A stretch of DNA of 62,717 bases, filler included, from 5 parts of 5 records of this genome joined end to end with filler, not necessarily neighbours in it; one strand, 5' to 3'. Shown: positions 9,195 to 19,502, counted from the whole stretch's first letter. Translations and numbers: made by a program. Notes: a model not told the origin generated them from the letters alone.

Positions 9195-10139
9195 ATGACA
9201 AATACTAAAAAGGTTATAGTTACTGGAGGTTCAGGATTTATAGGAAGCCACATTGTTGAAAGGTTAGTTTATAATAAACACAAGGTTTGCGTGGTTGATT
9301 TATGGGAGTCTGAAGAAATTAAAGCTTTAAAACAAAATAAAAATTTTGAATTTATAAAATTTGATTTTACTAATTTTGAAAAATTAGAAGAATTAATGAA
9401 AAATTATGACAATATAGTTCATTTAGCTGCAATCTTAGGAACATCAGAGACAATTACAACATATGATATAGAAGATGTGGTGAAGACAAACATTCTAGGC
9501 ACAACTAAAATACTTAAGTTTGCAAAAAAATATAATTACAATAAAGTTATACTTCCAACAACACCAGATGTGACATGGCTCAATCCCTACAAGATAACAA
9601 AACAAGCTGTTGAGAGAATAGCCCAATTATTTAATAAAGAGTATGGATTAAACGTAGTTTGTTTGAAGCTTGGCAATATATATGGAGCTAGAGAGAGATG
9701 GTTAGATGCAAAATTAAATGCTCCATTTAATTATCAAAAAATTATTCCAAGTTTTATAATGGATACTTTAAAAAAAAATGAAATTACTATTTATGGCGAT
9801 GGCAACCAAAAATCAGAATATATATTTGTTGAAGATGTAGTTGAAAGTTTTGACAGAGCATTAAGCAAAAAAGAAAACTTTGGCACAGAAGTAATTCACG
9901 TAGGAAGCGGAAAAAATAAATCAGTAAATGAAATAATTGATGCTTTAGAGAAAGTATGGAATAAAAAACTTAATAAAAAATTTGTAGAAATGAGACCAGG
10001 TGAGCACAAAATTGAAATTGCTTTAGATCCAAAACCTCTAAAAAAATATTTAGATTATGAATTAAAATGGACTTTAGAAGATGGTTTGAGAAAAACAATA
10101 CCATATTATGAGGGACAATTTAATTCTTTAAAAGAATAA
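9195..10139 (+). CDS. NAD-dependent epimerase/dehydratase (extended SDR)
   Basis: VTGGSGFIGSH, HLAA, YKITK (YxxxK), GNIYG, YGDGNQ. Confidence 0.88.
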   Translation: MTNTKKVIVTGGSGFIGSHIVERLVYNKHKVCVVDLWESEEIKALKQNKNFEFIKFDFTNFEKLEELMKNYDNIVHLAAILGTSETITTYDIEDVVKTNILGTTKILKFAKKYNYNKVILPTTPDVTWLNPYKITKQAVERIAQLFNKEYGLNVVCLKLGNIYGARERWLDAKLNAPFNYQKIIPSFIMDTLKKNEITIYGDGNQKSEYIFVEDVVESFDRALSKKENFGTEVIHVGSGKNKSVNEIIDALEKVWNKKLNKKFVEMRPGEHKIEIALDPKPLKKYLDYELKWTLEDGLRKTIPYYEGQFNSLKE

Positions 10140-10155
10140 TTTTTTTAAATATTTA

Positions 10156-11301
10156 ATGTTAAAGATAACAAGTAAATCATTGCTACCAAAAAAAATAATA
10201 TTTAATCTTGAATTATTTAAAAAACCCTTTTGTGATTTAGAAAAAAAAAAATTTAAAAGATCAGAGACTATAAAGTTTAAGACTAATTTTTTTTTAAAAA
10301 AAAATAATAATTTTAAAAAATTAGGTCCAATTTTATTTATTTCAGGACCAGCTAGAAATGGAAACCATTTACTCCTAAGCATGTTAGATGGACATCCTAA
10401 TATACCTGATATACCTGGCGAAGATGTATTTCTTAAAGAATTTTTTTGCAAGGCTAAAGATAATGAAAAAAAACTTGTTTATAAAATAAAGTATTTAAAA
10501 AAGATTGATTTTATTACGAAAATTTCAGGTATTAATTTTAACAAGTGGGCAAGAATTTTTTATTATAAAAAAAATAAAAAAAAAAAAATATTACATTCAG
10601 GTTTACAAAAAGAAAATGTATCCCCAGATATTGATTATAAAGACAATTTTCCAAAAATAGACTATTTAAATTATGAAAAATTTTTAAAAAAAAATTTGTT
10701 AAGTATAAACAAAAGTGAAACTTTCCTTGATTTATTTAAAATATATTTAAAAGCATTTTCTTTATTAACCAAAAGAAAAAAAAATTTAAAATACAATTAT
10801 ATTTATTGCAATTCTGGTTTAAGAAGAGAATTATTTTATTTGTTGCGTGAGACAAAAAATATTATTTGTTTGTGTCCAATAAGAAGATTTGAATCTTTTT
10901 ATTTCTCATATTCGAAATCAAGATTTCAAACATCAAAAATTAGACAAAAACCTCTTAATGAATTGTGGGAACACTGGAGACACAAAACAATAGATTATCT
11001 AATTTTAAAAAAAAAATATCCTAAAAAAATAATTTTTATAAAATTTGAAGACTTAGTCTTAAATCCAAAAAAAATTGCAAAAAAAATATGTAAAAAATTA
11101 AGAATTTCTTATACAGACAAGATGTTAAAACCTACTTCATTGGGAGAGCTTGTTAGTAGTAACTCATCTTATAAACTAAATAAACATGAGGATGAAAAAG
11201 GTAAAATTTTAAAGTTAACTGTAAGGAAAAAATTTAATAAGAAAATTTTACCAAAAGAATATTTTGATATTTTAAAACAAGTTCATAAAAATTGTTTATA
11301 A
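10156..11301 (+). CDS. Sulfotransferase family protein
   Basis: FISGPARNGNHLLLSMLDGHP (5'-PSB-like loop) and IKFEDLVLNP..KICKKL (3' region typical of Sulfotransfer_3). Confidence 0.7.
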   Translation: MLKITSKSLLPKKIIFNLELFKKPFCDLEKKKFKRSETIKFKTNFFLKKNNNFKKLGPILFISGPARNGNHLLLSMLDGHPNIPDIPGEDVFLKEFFCKAKDNEKKLVYKIKYLKKIDFITKISGINFNKWARIFYYKKNKKKKILHSGLQKENVSPDIDYKDNFPKIDYLNYEKFLKKNLLSINKSETFLDLFKIYLKAFSLLTKRKKNLKYNYIYCNSGLRRELFYLLRETKNIICLCPIRRFESFYFSYSKSRFQTSKIRQKPLNELWEHWRHKTIDYLILKKKYPKKIIFIKFEDLVLNPKKIAKKICKKLRISYTDKMLKPTSLGELVSSNSSYKLNKHEDEKGKILKLTVRKKFNKKILPKEYFDILKQVHKNCL

Positions 11302-11311
11302 ATTTACTTCA

Positions 11312-13174
11312 ATGAGTAAAAAAAGAGTTTTAATTACAACTGCTTCTTTTTTAAAAACAAATAAGCCAGTTATTTTTTTAGGTAATTGGTGTGCAAATTT
11401 TTTAAATATTAACTTAAGAAAAAATTTAGATTATGTAGTTTATAAAAGTAATCTATTCTCATACAAAAATTCAAAAAATTTGATTGTAGAGTCTAATTTA
11501 ATCTACGAATCCATTCTGAATGATTTATATAAAAAACTAAATATTATACACAAAGTAAATTGGTCAAAAAGATCGTGGAGAATTGTAATAGGCCCCTGGT
11601 TATATAGGTATGTGTCTGTGTTTTTAAGATCAATAAAATTAGTTAGAGCAATTAAGCAAGACAAAAAAGCAAAAGTAACAATAGATAAAAAAATATCTTT
11701 ACATTTTAAAACTAACTTACAAGCTTATGATTTATGGGATTTTACAAATAGAAATTATAAAGAAGATTATAATAGTGCTTTATTTACAGTTGCTATTAGC
11801 AAAGTTTTTAATTTAAATAATATTTATAATAAATTATCCAGCATTAATAGTTTGCGTCCTACTTTAGACAAATATTATGGAAAGTTATTTAATCAAAAAG
11901 CAAATTATAAAATTATAACTAATAATTATTTTGACCAAATAAGTAATAAATTAATTTTATTTTTTGAAAGATTATTTTGTTTTTTAAATAAAACAATATT
12001 TTATAAAATTTATTATGGAAATAAATTATCTCTTTTAAAAATATTTTTTAAGCTTAGAGAAATTCCATTTAATTATAATTTTAAAGAAAATCGAATAAAA
12101 TATGAGTTTAAAAAAGAAACAAGGAATAAAATGGATTTAAAAAAACTTAATGCTTCTTTTAATGAAGAAATAATTAGAGATTTCTTGAAAATTAGCACTC
12201 CATCTATTTATTTAGAAGGCTTTAAAGATGTGATTAGGCGTATGAAAAATGAACCTTTTCCAAAAGAAAGAAAATTAATTTTTTCATGTAATATTCATTA
12301 TGATTATTTGTTTAAATTCTGGACTGCAATTCAAATAAATAAGGGTGCAAAACTAGTTTATGGTCAACATGGAGGTGGATACGATTTGTTTGAAAATGAT
12401 TTTAGGGTAGAGCACGAAACAAAAATAAGCGATATCTTTTTGTCGTGGGGGTGGCAATCTTTAGATAAAAATGTTTTACCATTGGGATGTTTTTCAACAA
12501 TAGGTAAAAAAAAATATAAGTTAGTTAATAACAAAAAATATTTATTAGTTTTACGAGAAAATTATAATTATTTTAAGCTTAATGATTTAATCCAGCTTAA
12601 CGATTTGTATAAAGGTTCAAAAGACTACGTTTTAAAGTCTACAAAATTTTTTATTGATTTTATAAAGCTTTTAAAAAAGAATAAAATTGATACCCATATA
12701 AGAACCCACCCAAATGAAATCAGACAGTCTGTTCCAATTAAGTCAATAATTGATATTAAATTTAAGGATATGATTTACAACAAAGGTAATTTACTTGAAA
12801 ATTTAAATAATTTTGAATTGATAATATTTTCATCATTTGAACATACTACTTTGCTACAATGTTTGACATTAGATAAGCCTTTTATTGCTTTTGTGCCAAC
12901 AGACATCAAAGTAATTAATAAAAAATACCATAAGTCATTTTTTAAATTAATTAGTGCAGGTGTTTTCCATCTTACACCAGAATCTGCAATAGAATTTATT
13001 AAAAAAAACCAACTAAATATATCCGCTTGGTGGAATAGTAAAAAAGTGAAAAAAGCCATTATGAGCTTTAGTAATGATTACATAAATCAATATGAAGATA
13101 AACTTTTAGAAAAAAAAATTTATTCTATTTTACATAAAGAAAAATATAATGAAAATATTAAATCTATTAAATAA
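11312..13174 (+). CDS. Putative glycosyl/surface-carbohydrate transferase, LIC12162 family-like
   Basis: FLGNWC, WRIVIGPWL, GQHGGGY, E.KISDIFLSWGW, IS.WW motifs. Confidence 0.65.
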   Translation: MSKKRVLITTASFLKTNKPVIFLGNWCANFLNINLRKNLDYVVYKSNLFSYKNSKNLIVESNLIYESILNDLYKKLNIIHKVNWSKRSWRIVIGPWLYRYVSVFLRSIKLVRAIKQDKKAKVTIDKKISLHFKTNLQAYDLWDFTNRNYKEDYNSALFTVAISKVFNLNNIYNKLSSINSLRPTLDKYYGKLFNQKANYKIITNNYFDQISNKLILFFERLFCFLNKTIFYKIYYGNKLSLLKIFFKLREIPFNYNFKENRIKYEFKKETRNKMDLKKLNASFNEEIIRDFLKISTPSIYLEGFKDVIRRMKNEPFPKERKLIFSCNIHYDYLFKFWTAIQINKGAKLVYGQHGGGYDLFENDFRVEHETKISDIFLSWGWQSLDKNVLPLGCFSTIGKKKYKLVNNKKYLLVLRENYNYFKLNDLIQLNDLYKGSKDYVLKSTKFFIDFIKLLKKNKIDTHIRTHPNEIRQSVPIKSIIDIKFKDMIYNKGNLLENLNNFELIIFSSFEHTTLLQCLTLDKPFIAFVPTDIKVINKKYHKSFFKLISAGVFHLTPESAIEFIKKNQLNISAWWNSKKVKKAIMSFSNDYINQYEDKLLEKKIYSILHKEKYNENIKSIK

Positions 13175-14258
13175 AAAATTAAATTTTTTTAAACCCCCTA
13201 ATTGTCCAATTATTTTATTTGATAAAGGAGGAAAAATATTTCAAAATTACTTTGACTTCAAAAAAATCCACTATTTAGACCTTTCTACAAAGTTTAATTT
13301 TTATATTTTTTTAAAAGTATTTTTTAAATACAAATCTTTTAACTTATTCAATTATTTTTTAGAATATATTAATATTGTAAATCCAAAAATAATTATAACT
13401 TATATAGATAATAATATAATTTTTTATAAATTGAAAAATTTTTTTCCAAAAAAAATTTTTTTATCAGTACAGAATGGAACAAGAAATAAATACTTTTTTG
13501 ACAAGTTAAAGAAAGAAAAAAATTTAAAGTGTGATTATATCTTTACTTGGGGAAGAGCAATTAGCTATGAATATAAAAAATATATTAAGTGCAAAACAAA
13601 GGTTATAGGTTCTTTTAAGAACAATAAAGAGAATAAGAATTTTTTTAAGCCAAAAAGAAAAAGTGTTGCTCTTATAGGAACAAAATTTCATAAAGAAAAT
13701 ACAAAAAAATATATTTCAAAACCCAAATATTTTGTCTCATCAAAAATATTTCACGCTTCAGATTTTAAGCTTCTTCCAATTTTATATAAAATTTGTAAAA
13801 ATTTAAATTACAAGCTAGAAATAATTTCTAAAGGAAACAATGATTTAGAATTAGAAAAAAAATTTTATCAGGAAGTTTTAAAATCAAATAATTTTGTGTT
13901 TCATGGATATAATAAAAATATATATAAGATTTCAGATGAAGTAGAATTATGTATAAATACAACATCATCTTTTGGATTGGAGTCTTTATCTAGGGGTAAC
14001 AAAACCTGTTTTTTTAATGTAAGGAAAAATAGTGATATTTTGAAACATCTAAATGTTTTTTGGCCACTATCAATTGCAGACTCAGGTTCAATTTGGACTA
14101 ATAAAATAGATTATAAAAAAATTAATAGTATTATTTATAGAGCAATTGAGGCAAATCGCAAAGATTGGAAAAAAAAAATAAAAAAAATTGTACCCGATTT
14201 AATAGTTTATAATAAAAACAACTATTTATTTCAAAAAATTGTAAAAAAATATTTATAA
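13149..14258 (+). CDS. Putative surface carbohydrate biosynthesis protein (GT-B-like)
   Basis: ITYIDNN, SVQNGTR, IGSFKNN, SSFGLESLSRG; cluster context. Confidence 0.5.
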   Translation: MKILNLLNKKLNFFKPPNCPIILFDKGGKIFQNYFDFKKIHYLDLSTKFNFYIFLKVFFKYKSFNLFNYFLEYINIVNPKIIITYIDNNIIFYKLKNFFPKKIFLSVQNGTRNKYFFDKLKKEKNLKCDYIFTWGRAISYEYKKYIKCKTKVIGSFKNNKENKNFFKPKRKSVALIGTKFHKENTKKYISKPKYFVSSKIFHASDFKLLPILYKICKNLNYKLEIISKGNNDLELEKKFYQEVLKSNNFVFHGYNKNIYKISDEVELCINTTSSFGLESLSRGNKTCFFNVRKNSDILKHLNVFWPLSIADSGSIWTNKIDYKKINSIIYRAIEANRKDWKKKIKKIVPDLIVYNKNNYLFQKIVKKYL

Positions 14259-14277
14259 CAATATATAAAATCTATTT

Positions 14278-14294
14278 TGTTCAAGAAGTGAACT
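14278..14294. promoter_or_regulatory. Operator-like palindrome TGTTCA-AGAAG-TGAACT
   Basis: One mismatch to consensus; intergenic, upstream of the ABC transporter. Confidence 0.65.
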
Positions 14295-14316
14295 AAAAAA
14301 ATAAATTTTTCTTTAT

Positions 14317-14333
14317 TGTTCATTAAATGAACA
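14317..14333. promoter_or_regulatory. Operator-like palindrome TGTTCA-TTAAA-TGAACA
   Basis: Perfect consensus, followed by -10-like TATAGT (14339-14344) and the ATG at 14354. Confidence 0.7.
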
Positions 14334-14353
14334 TTGTGTATAGTTAATTACAC

Positions 14354-16075
14354 ATGTTAAAAAATTTTGAAAATATTTTTTATCTTTTTGAAAAAAAACA
14401 AAAAAAGTATTTTTATTTTATAATATTTACTCTTTTTATAACTGCAATTTTAGAAACGATTTCAATAAGCGCTTTCTTACCCCTTTTAACATCTTTATTT
14501 GGCGTACAAAAAAAATACGATTTAGAGTTATTGAATAATTTTATTAGCAGTAGCGAAATAAATTTAAATTTTAATATTGTATTATTTTTTTTTACGTTAA
14601 TTTATTTAATTAAATTTATATTTTTACTTTTTTGTAATTGGTTTAATAAAACTTTTGAAATGGAAATAGGTAAATATTTTACTAATAAATTATATAATAA
14701 ATATATAAATTTAGATTACCAAAACTTTTTTGAAAAAAATTCCTCTATAATGTTAAAAAATATAACTAGTGAAGTTAGAGTTTTAATCGGTTCTGTTTCT
14801 GCCTTAATTTTCTTAATTACTGAATTTATTGTTTTACTTTTTATTATTTCATTTCTTTTAATAATTAATTTTGAAACTACGATAAAAATTTTAATATTCT
14901 TAGGAATATTTGCTTATTTAATAGGAGTAATATTCAAATCAAAATTAACAAAGTGGGGAAAATTAAGTCAACTAAATGAAGGATATCGCTCTAAAAATTT
15001 TATTGAGAGTTTTTCAGCTATAAAGGAGATAAAAATTTTTAGAAAAGAAGTTTTTTTTTCAAACAGATTGGCTAATTATAATAGTATTTTTTTTAATTCA
15101 AACAAAAAGCACAGGTTCATAAGAGTTTTACCAAAATTATTATTAGAAATGTTTTTAATATTTAGTGTAATACTATTCTTTTTTATTCAAAATATAAATG
15201 TGTCAAATTTATTAGAAGCAATACCATTGCTTGTAGTTTATTTAGCAGCAGGTGTAAGAGTTTTACCTTCGATAAATATAATTATATCTCAATCACAATA
15301 TCTAAATTTTTCAAAACCCGTGGTAGATAATTTACAAAAAGAATTTAATGAAAAAAATATTTTTTTTAAACAATCAAATAAAAAAAATAAATTTAAAATT
15401 AATTTAAAGAGAAATATACAGTTAAAAAATATTTTTTTTAAATATAATGCTAATAAAAATTTTATTTTTTCTAATCTAAATTTAAATATTAAAAAAAATC
15501 AGTGCATTGGTATTATGGGGCAAAGCGGTTCAGGCAAGTCAACATTAATTAATTTGATTATTGGTTTATTGAATCCTTCAAAAGGTAGTATTTTAGTGGA
15601 TAATAAAATGATAAATAAAAAAAAGTTATTTTGGTCCAAAAACTTAATAGGTTATATACCCCAGCAAACATTTTTATTTGACGATACAATTAAAAATAAT
15701 ATTGCTTTTGGACAGGATGACTCATCAATTGATAATCAATACATTAATGAACTGATAGACTTTGTGGAATTAAGGGATTTAGTAAATAGATATAAATTTG
15801 GAATTGAAACGCTAATAGGTGAAAAAGGGGTTAAACTTTCGGGAGGGCAAATTCAAAGAATAGGTATCGCTAGAGCTCTCTATGTAAAGCCTTCTTTATT
15901 GATATTAGATGAAGCAACTAATGCTATTGACGATTCAACAGAAAAAAAAATATTTTCAAATTTAGACACTGTAAAAAGAAAATTCACATCTATAATGGTG
16001 GCACATAGAAAATCATCCTTAGTTTTATGTGACAAAATTTACGAAATTCAAAACAAAAATATTAAACAAATTTAA
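14354..16075 (+). CDS. ABC transporter fused permease/ATPase, PglK/Wzk-like glycolipid flippase
   Basis: Hydrophobic N-half; GQSGSGKS Walker A, LSGGQIQRIGIARA signature, LILDEAT Walker B, VAHR. Confidence 0.88.
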   Translation: MLKNFENIFYLFEKKQKKYFYFIIFTLFITAILETISISAFLPLLTSLFGVQKKYDLELLNNFISSSEINLNFNIVLFFFTLIYLIKFIFLLFCNWFNKTFEMEIGKYFTNKLYNKYINLDYQNFFEKNSSIMLKNITSEVRVLIGSVSALIFLITEFIVLLFIISFLLIINFETTIKILIFLGIFAYLIGVIFKSKLTKWGKLSQLNEGYRSKNFIESFSAIKEIKIFRKEVFFSNRLANYNSIFFNSNKKHRFIRVLPKLLLEMFLIFSVILFFFIQNINVSNLLEAIPLLVVYLAAGVRVLPSINIIISQSQYLNFSKPVVDNLQKEFNEKNIFFKQSNKKNKFKINLKRNIQLKNIFFKYNANKNFIFSNLNLNIKKNQCIGIMGQSGSGKSTLINLIIGLLNPSKGSILVDNKMINKKKLFWSKNLIGYIPQQTFLFDDTIKNNIAFGQDDSSIDNQYINELIDFVELRDLVNRYKFGIETLIGEKGVKLSGGQIQRIGIARALYVKPSLLILDEATNAIDDSTEKKIFSNLDTVKRKFTSIMVAHRKSSLVLCDKIYEIQNKNIKQI

Positions 16076-16093
16076 AACTGAATTAGTATAAAA

Positions 16094-16501
16094 ATGAAAA
16101 AAATTTTAATTATGGGTTTGCCTGGATCGGGAAAAACCACATTAGCCAAGAAATTAGTTCCTTTAATTAATGCAAAGTGGTTAAATGCGGATCAAATAAG
16201 AAAACAAGCTAACGACTGGGATTTTTCAATAGAGGGTAGAATAAGACAAGCAAAAAGAATGTCATTTTTAGCTGAAAAATTTAAAAAAGGTGGACATTTT
16301 GTGGTAGCAGATTTTATTTGCCCAACCAAAGAATCTAGAACATTGTTTAATCCAGATTACATTATTTGGTTAGACACTATAAATGAAGGAAGGTTTCAAG
16401 ATACTAATGAAATATTTGAGGCTCCAATAAATTATGACATCAGAATTACAGAAAAAAATTCTGATTTTTGGTCGCTTAAAATAAAAGAGGCTTTAATTTG
16501 A
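16094..16501 (+). CDS. Short adenylyl-sulfate kinase-like protein
   Basis: MGLPGSGKTTLA, NADQIR, DWDFSIEGRIRQAKRM, ADFICPT, FEAP. Confidence 0.7.
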   Translation: MKKILIMGLPGSGKTTLAKKLVPLINAKWLNADQIRKQANDWDFSIEGRIRQAKRMSFLAEKFKKGGHFVVADFICPTKESRTLFNPDYIIWLDTINEGRFQDTNEIFEAPINYDIRITEKNSDFWSLKIKEALI

Positions 16502-16535
16502 TAAAACAATATTACAATAAAACATATAATTATTA

Positions 16536-17363
16536 ATGATAAAAAATATTTTCTTAAATTTTATAAATAAAAATAAACAAAAAAAAAAAATAGAGATTAT
16601 TTATAAAAAAAATTTTAAAAAGAAAAATATAAAAGGGATTTTTACTCACAAAAATGATACTTATGTAGTTTACGATAAAAATAAAAAAATTTTTAGGAAA
16701 TTTAGTTTAAATGAAAATGGTAAAATGAAAATTAAAAATGATTACGAAGGTCTTAAATGGTATTGTTTAAGAAATAAAATAAAATTAAAAAAAATAATAT
16801 CGAATTTTAAAGTTGAAAATAATTTAACCTACTTAGACACTTTTTGTATTAATGGAAAAAAAGTAAAATTTTGGCATCCTTTAAGTAAAAACTATGATTA
16901 TATAAAAAGATCTTTAGATCATTATTTTAAAATTTTTTTAAATTCAAAAAAAAATCAAAGTAAAATAAATAAATTTCATGGCGACCTGACATTAGAAAAT
17001 ATTATTTTTAATAAAAATAAAATCTTTTTTATTGACTGGGAATTTTTTAATGCAAATAAAAAAACTTGGGGGTACGATGCAGCATACTTAGTTTTATCAA
17101 GTATCACTGCACCTTATTTAGTAAATAAAAATTTTAGTGACAAGGATAAAAATTTATTTTTGAAACTTTGGAAAATTCTTATAAAAAAGTCAATAAATAG
17201 GAAACTTACTCAAAATCCATTTGAGTATTTCATAAAATCAATTAAATCCGATAAATTATTAAATCACAGCAGCAGGATATCTAAAAAAAAATTTTTTCCT
17301 CTTGTAACACCTCTAAGCTTTCAAAGGGAAATAAAATATCTAATAAATAAAGGGAGTTTATGA
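16536..17363 (+). CDS. Phosphotransferase, APH/choline kinase-like
   Basis: HGDLTLENII and FIDWE kinase motifs. Confidence 0.7.
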   Translation: MIKNIFLNFINKNKQKKKIEIIYKKNFKKKNIKGIFTHKNDTYVVYDKNKKIFRKFSLNENGKMKIKNDYEGLKWYCLRNKIKLKKIISNFKVENNLTYLDTFCINGKKVKFWHPLSKNYDYIKRSLDHYFKIFLNSKKNQSKINKFHGDLTLENIIFNKNKIFFIDWEFFNANKKTWGYDAAYLVLSSITAPYLVNKNFSDKDKNLFLKLWKILIKKSINRKLTQNPFEYFIKSIKSDKLLNHSSRISKKKFFPLVTPLSFQREIKYLINKGSL

Positions 17364-17590
17364 AAGTTGTAATACTATGTGGCGGAACGGGAAACCGAAT
17401 AGCACAAGAAACAAAAAAAATTCCAAAACCAATGATTAAGATTGGTGGCCAGCCAATTTTACGTAGAATTATGGAAAATTACATGAAATATGGATATGAT
17501 GATTTTATATTAGCCTGTGGATACAAACATCAAATTATAAAAAATATTTTAAAAATCAAAAAAAATTTATACAAAAAAATAAAAAATTAA
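17360..17590 (+). pseudogene. Truncated glucose-1-phosphate cytidylyltransferase (RfbF-like) N-terminus
   Basis: MKVVILCGGTGNRIAQETKKIPKPMIKIGGQPIL...FILACGYK, then poly-Lys/AT-rich decay and stop at 76 aa (family norm about 250 aa). Confidence 0.8.
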
Positions 17591-17649
17591 AAAATATATT
17601 TAAAATTAAAAAAATTAATTTTTGAAAATTTTTAAAAAATTCCTAGATT

Positions 17650-18450
17650 ATGAATAAAAAAATTTCAGTTTTAATGACAGTATATAATGCCGAAAAATAT
17701 GTGGCAAATTCAGTTCAAAGCATATTACTTCAAAAATATAAGAATTTTGAATTGATAATAATTGATGATTTATCAACTGATAGAAGTGTAAATATTTTAA
17801 AAAAAATAAAAGACAAAAGAATAAAATTTTACTCTCTGAAAAAAAAATTAGGAAGAACGAAAGCTCTTAATTTTGCACTAAGCAAAAGTAATTCAAATAT
17901 AATTGCCATTCAAGATGCTGACGACGTTTCACACAAAGACAGATTTGCTCAATGTATGGATATACTTACAAAAAATAAAAATATTGGATTAGTTGCAACA
18001 GATTTTAGGATAATAGATAAAAATGGAAATATTTTAAGTCAATCTGAAAAATATTTGAAAATTAACAAAATAAAGAGGCTTAAATTTATCAATACAATTG
18101 CTCACTCGTCAATAATTTTTCAAAGAAATAAACTTAAAAACTGTGTTTACAATGAAAGCTATGTATATGCCCAGGATTATGAATTAATACTTAGATTTCT
18201 TAAATATTCAAAAATAAAACTTTTGAAAAACAATTTATTAAAAATAAGGACGCACAGTGAAAATATGTCTAATGATAAGATCTACTCTACAATAATTATT
18301 AAAGAAAACTTAAGATTGTTAAATTTTAGTTCAAACAAATTAAATTTAAGCACAAGAGAAAAAAATTATATTTTGTTTATGAAAATTAAGAATTATTTTA
18401 AATTAGTATTTATCTATTTAATGTCTAGCGTAAGGCGAATACTTTTTTAA
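17650..18450 (+). CDS. Glycosyltransferase family 2
   Basis: SVLMTVYNAE, IIDDLSTD, QDADD, AQDYEL. Confidence 0.9.
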   Translation: MNKKISVLMTVYNAEKYVANSVQSILLQKYKNFELIIIDDLSTDRSVNILKKIKDKRIKFYSLKKKLGRTKALNFALSKSNSNIIAIQDADDVSHKDRFAQCMDILTKNKNIGLVATDFRIIDKNGNILSQSEKYLKINKIKRLKFINTIAHSSIIFQRNKLKNCVYNESYVYAQDYELILRFLKYSKIKLLKNNLLKIRTHSENMSNDKIYSTIIIKENLRLLNFSSNKLNLSTREKNYILFMKIKNYFKLVFIYLMSSVRRILF

Positions 18451-18455
18451 ATAAA

Positions 18456-18530
18456 GGGCATGTAGTTCAGTGGTAGAACGCTTCGTTGACATCGAAGAGG
18501 TCATAAGTTCAATTCTTATCATGCCCACCA
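18456..18530 (+). tRNA. tRNA-Val (anticodon GAC)
   Basis: GGGCATG...CATGCCC acceptor stem, D-arm AGTTCAGTGGTAGAAC, anticodon arm CTTCG-TTGACAT-CGAAG, T-arm ATAAG-TTCAATT-CTTAT, encoded CCA. Confidence 0.97.
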
Positions 18531-18780
18531 AATAAATATAATATTTGTTTTAAAATAGTTTTATTGAGTAAATTGGCAGCATGTTATTTAGGAAATAAAG
18601 TAAACTTATCTTAAATTTATAGCTTGATTGAAATTATTCTGATGAACCAAAATAATATTTAACGTAAAAAAAAGGTTTAATAATCCTTATTATTTAACAA
18701 TTTTATCAGTTTACATACCTAACTAAAAATCATATTAATCTTTATCTTGTAGTTAAAAAAAGTGTGTTGTTACTGATGCA

Positions 18781-18825
18781 TTAACATCGAAAAGGCCATA
18801 AGTTCAATTCTTATCTCGCCAACCA
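18781..18825 (+). repeat. Degenerate direct repeat of the tRNA-Val 3' half (att-like remnant)
   Basis: 39/45 identical to 18486-18530; starts at the anticodon loop and ends at ACCA. Confidence 0.88.
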
Positions 18826-18879
18826 AGGTTTATTTATTTTGATTTAAATCAATTTAAATAAAAGTTAGATGAGTTTTAT

Positions 18880-19491
18880 ATGAAAAAATACTGGGAAAAC
18901 TATTATAAATTTTCAAAAAGTCCTATTAAGCCAACAAAGTTTTCGATATTTTGTAAAAAATATTTAAAATCTTTTAAAGGAATACTCTACGATGTTGGAT
19001 GTGGAAATGGAAGAGATACAATATATTTTAATAAATTAAAAATTAAAAGTTTAGGAGTGGATCTAAGTAAATCTATAATTAAAAAAAATAAAAAAAAATT
19101 TAAGATTATAAAAGATAATTTTTTACATGAGGATTTCTCGAAATTAAATTTTGTTCACAAAAAAAAAGATATTGCTATTTATTCTAGATTTTCTCTTCAC
19201 AGCATAAATCACAAAAAACAAAAAATTTTTTTTAATAAAATGAAAAAAATAAAAAATATAAAAATTTTAATGATCGAAGTTAGGACAGTGTACGACGAAC
19301 TTTATGGCAAAGGAAAGAAAATAAGCAAATTTGAATATTTTGACACCCATTATAGAAGATTTTTAATTCCATCTGATCTAAAGAAAACAATATCTAAAGT
19401 ATTCAAAATAAAATATTTTAAAGTTTCAAAAAATTTTGCAATATATAAAAAAGAAAATCCAAAAGTGCTAAGATTAATAGCTTTAAGGTAA
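18880..19491 (+). CDS. Class I SAM-dependent methyltransferase
   Basis: DVGCGNGRD, GVDLS, YSRFSLHSI, HYRRF. Confidence 0.85.
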   Translation: MKKYWENYYKFSKSPIKPTKFSIFCKKYLKSFKGILYDVGCGNGRDTIYFNKLKIKSLGVDLSKSIIKKNKKKFKIIKDNFLHEDFSKLNFVHKKKDIAIYSRFSLHSINHKKQKIFFNKMKKIKNIKILMIEVRTVYDELYGKGKKISKFEYFDTHYRRFLIPSDLKKTISKVFKIKYFKVSKNFAIYKKENPKVLRLIALR

Positions 19492-19502
19492 TCAATTAAT
19501 TT

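Noticed and set aside
18781-18825. Second functional tRNA
   Set aside because: No 5' half (acceptor 5' strand, D-arm) upstream, and the anticodon and acceptor positions are mutated
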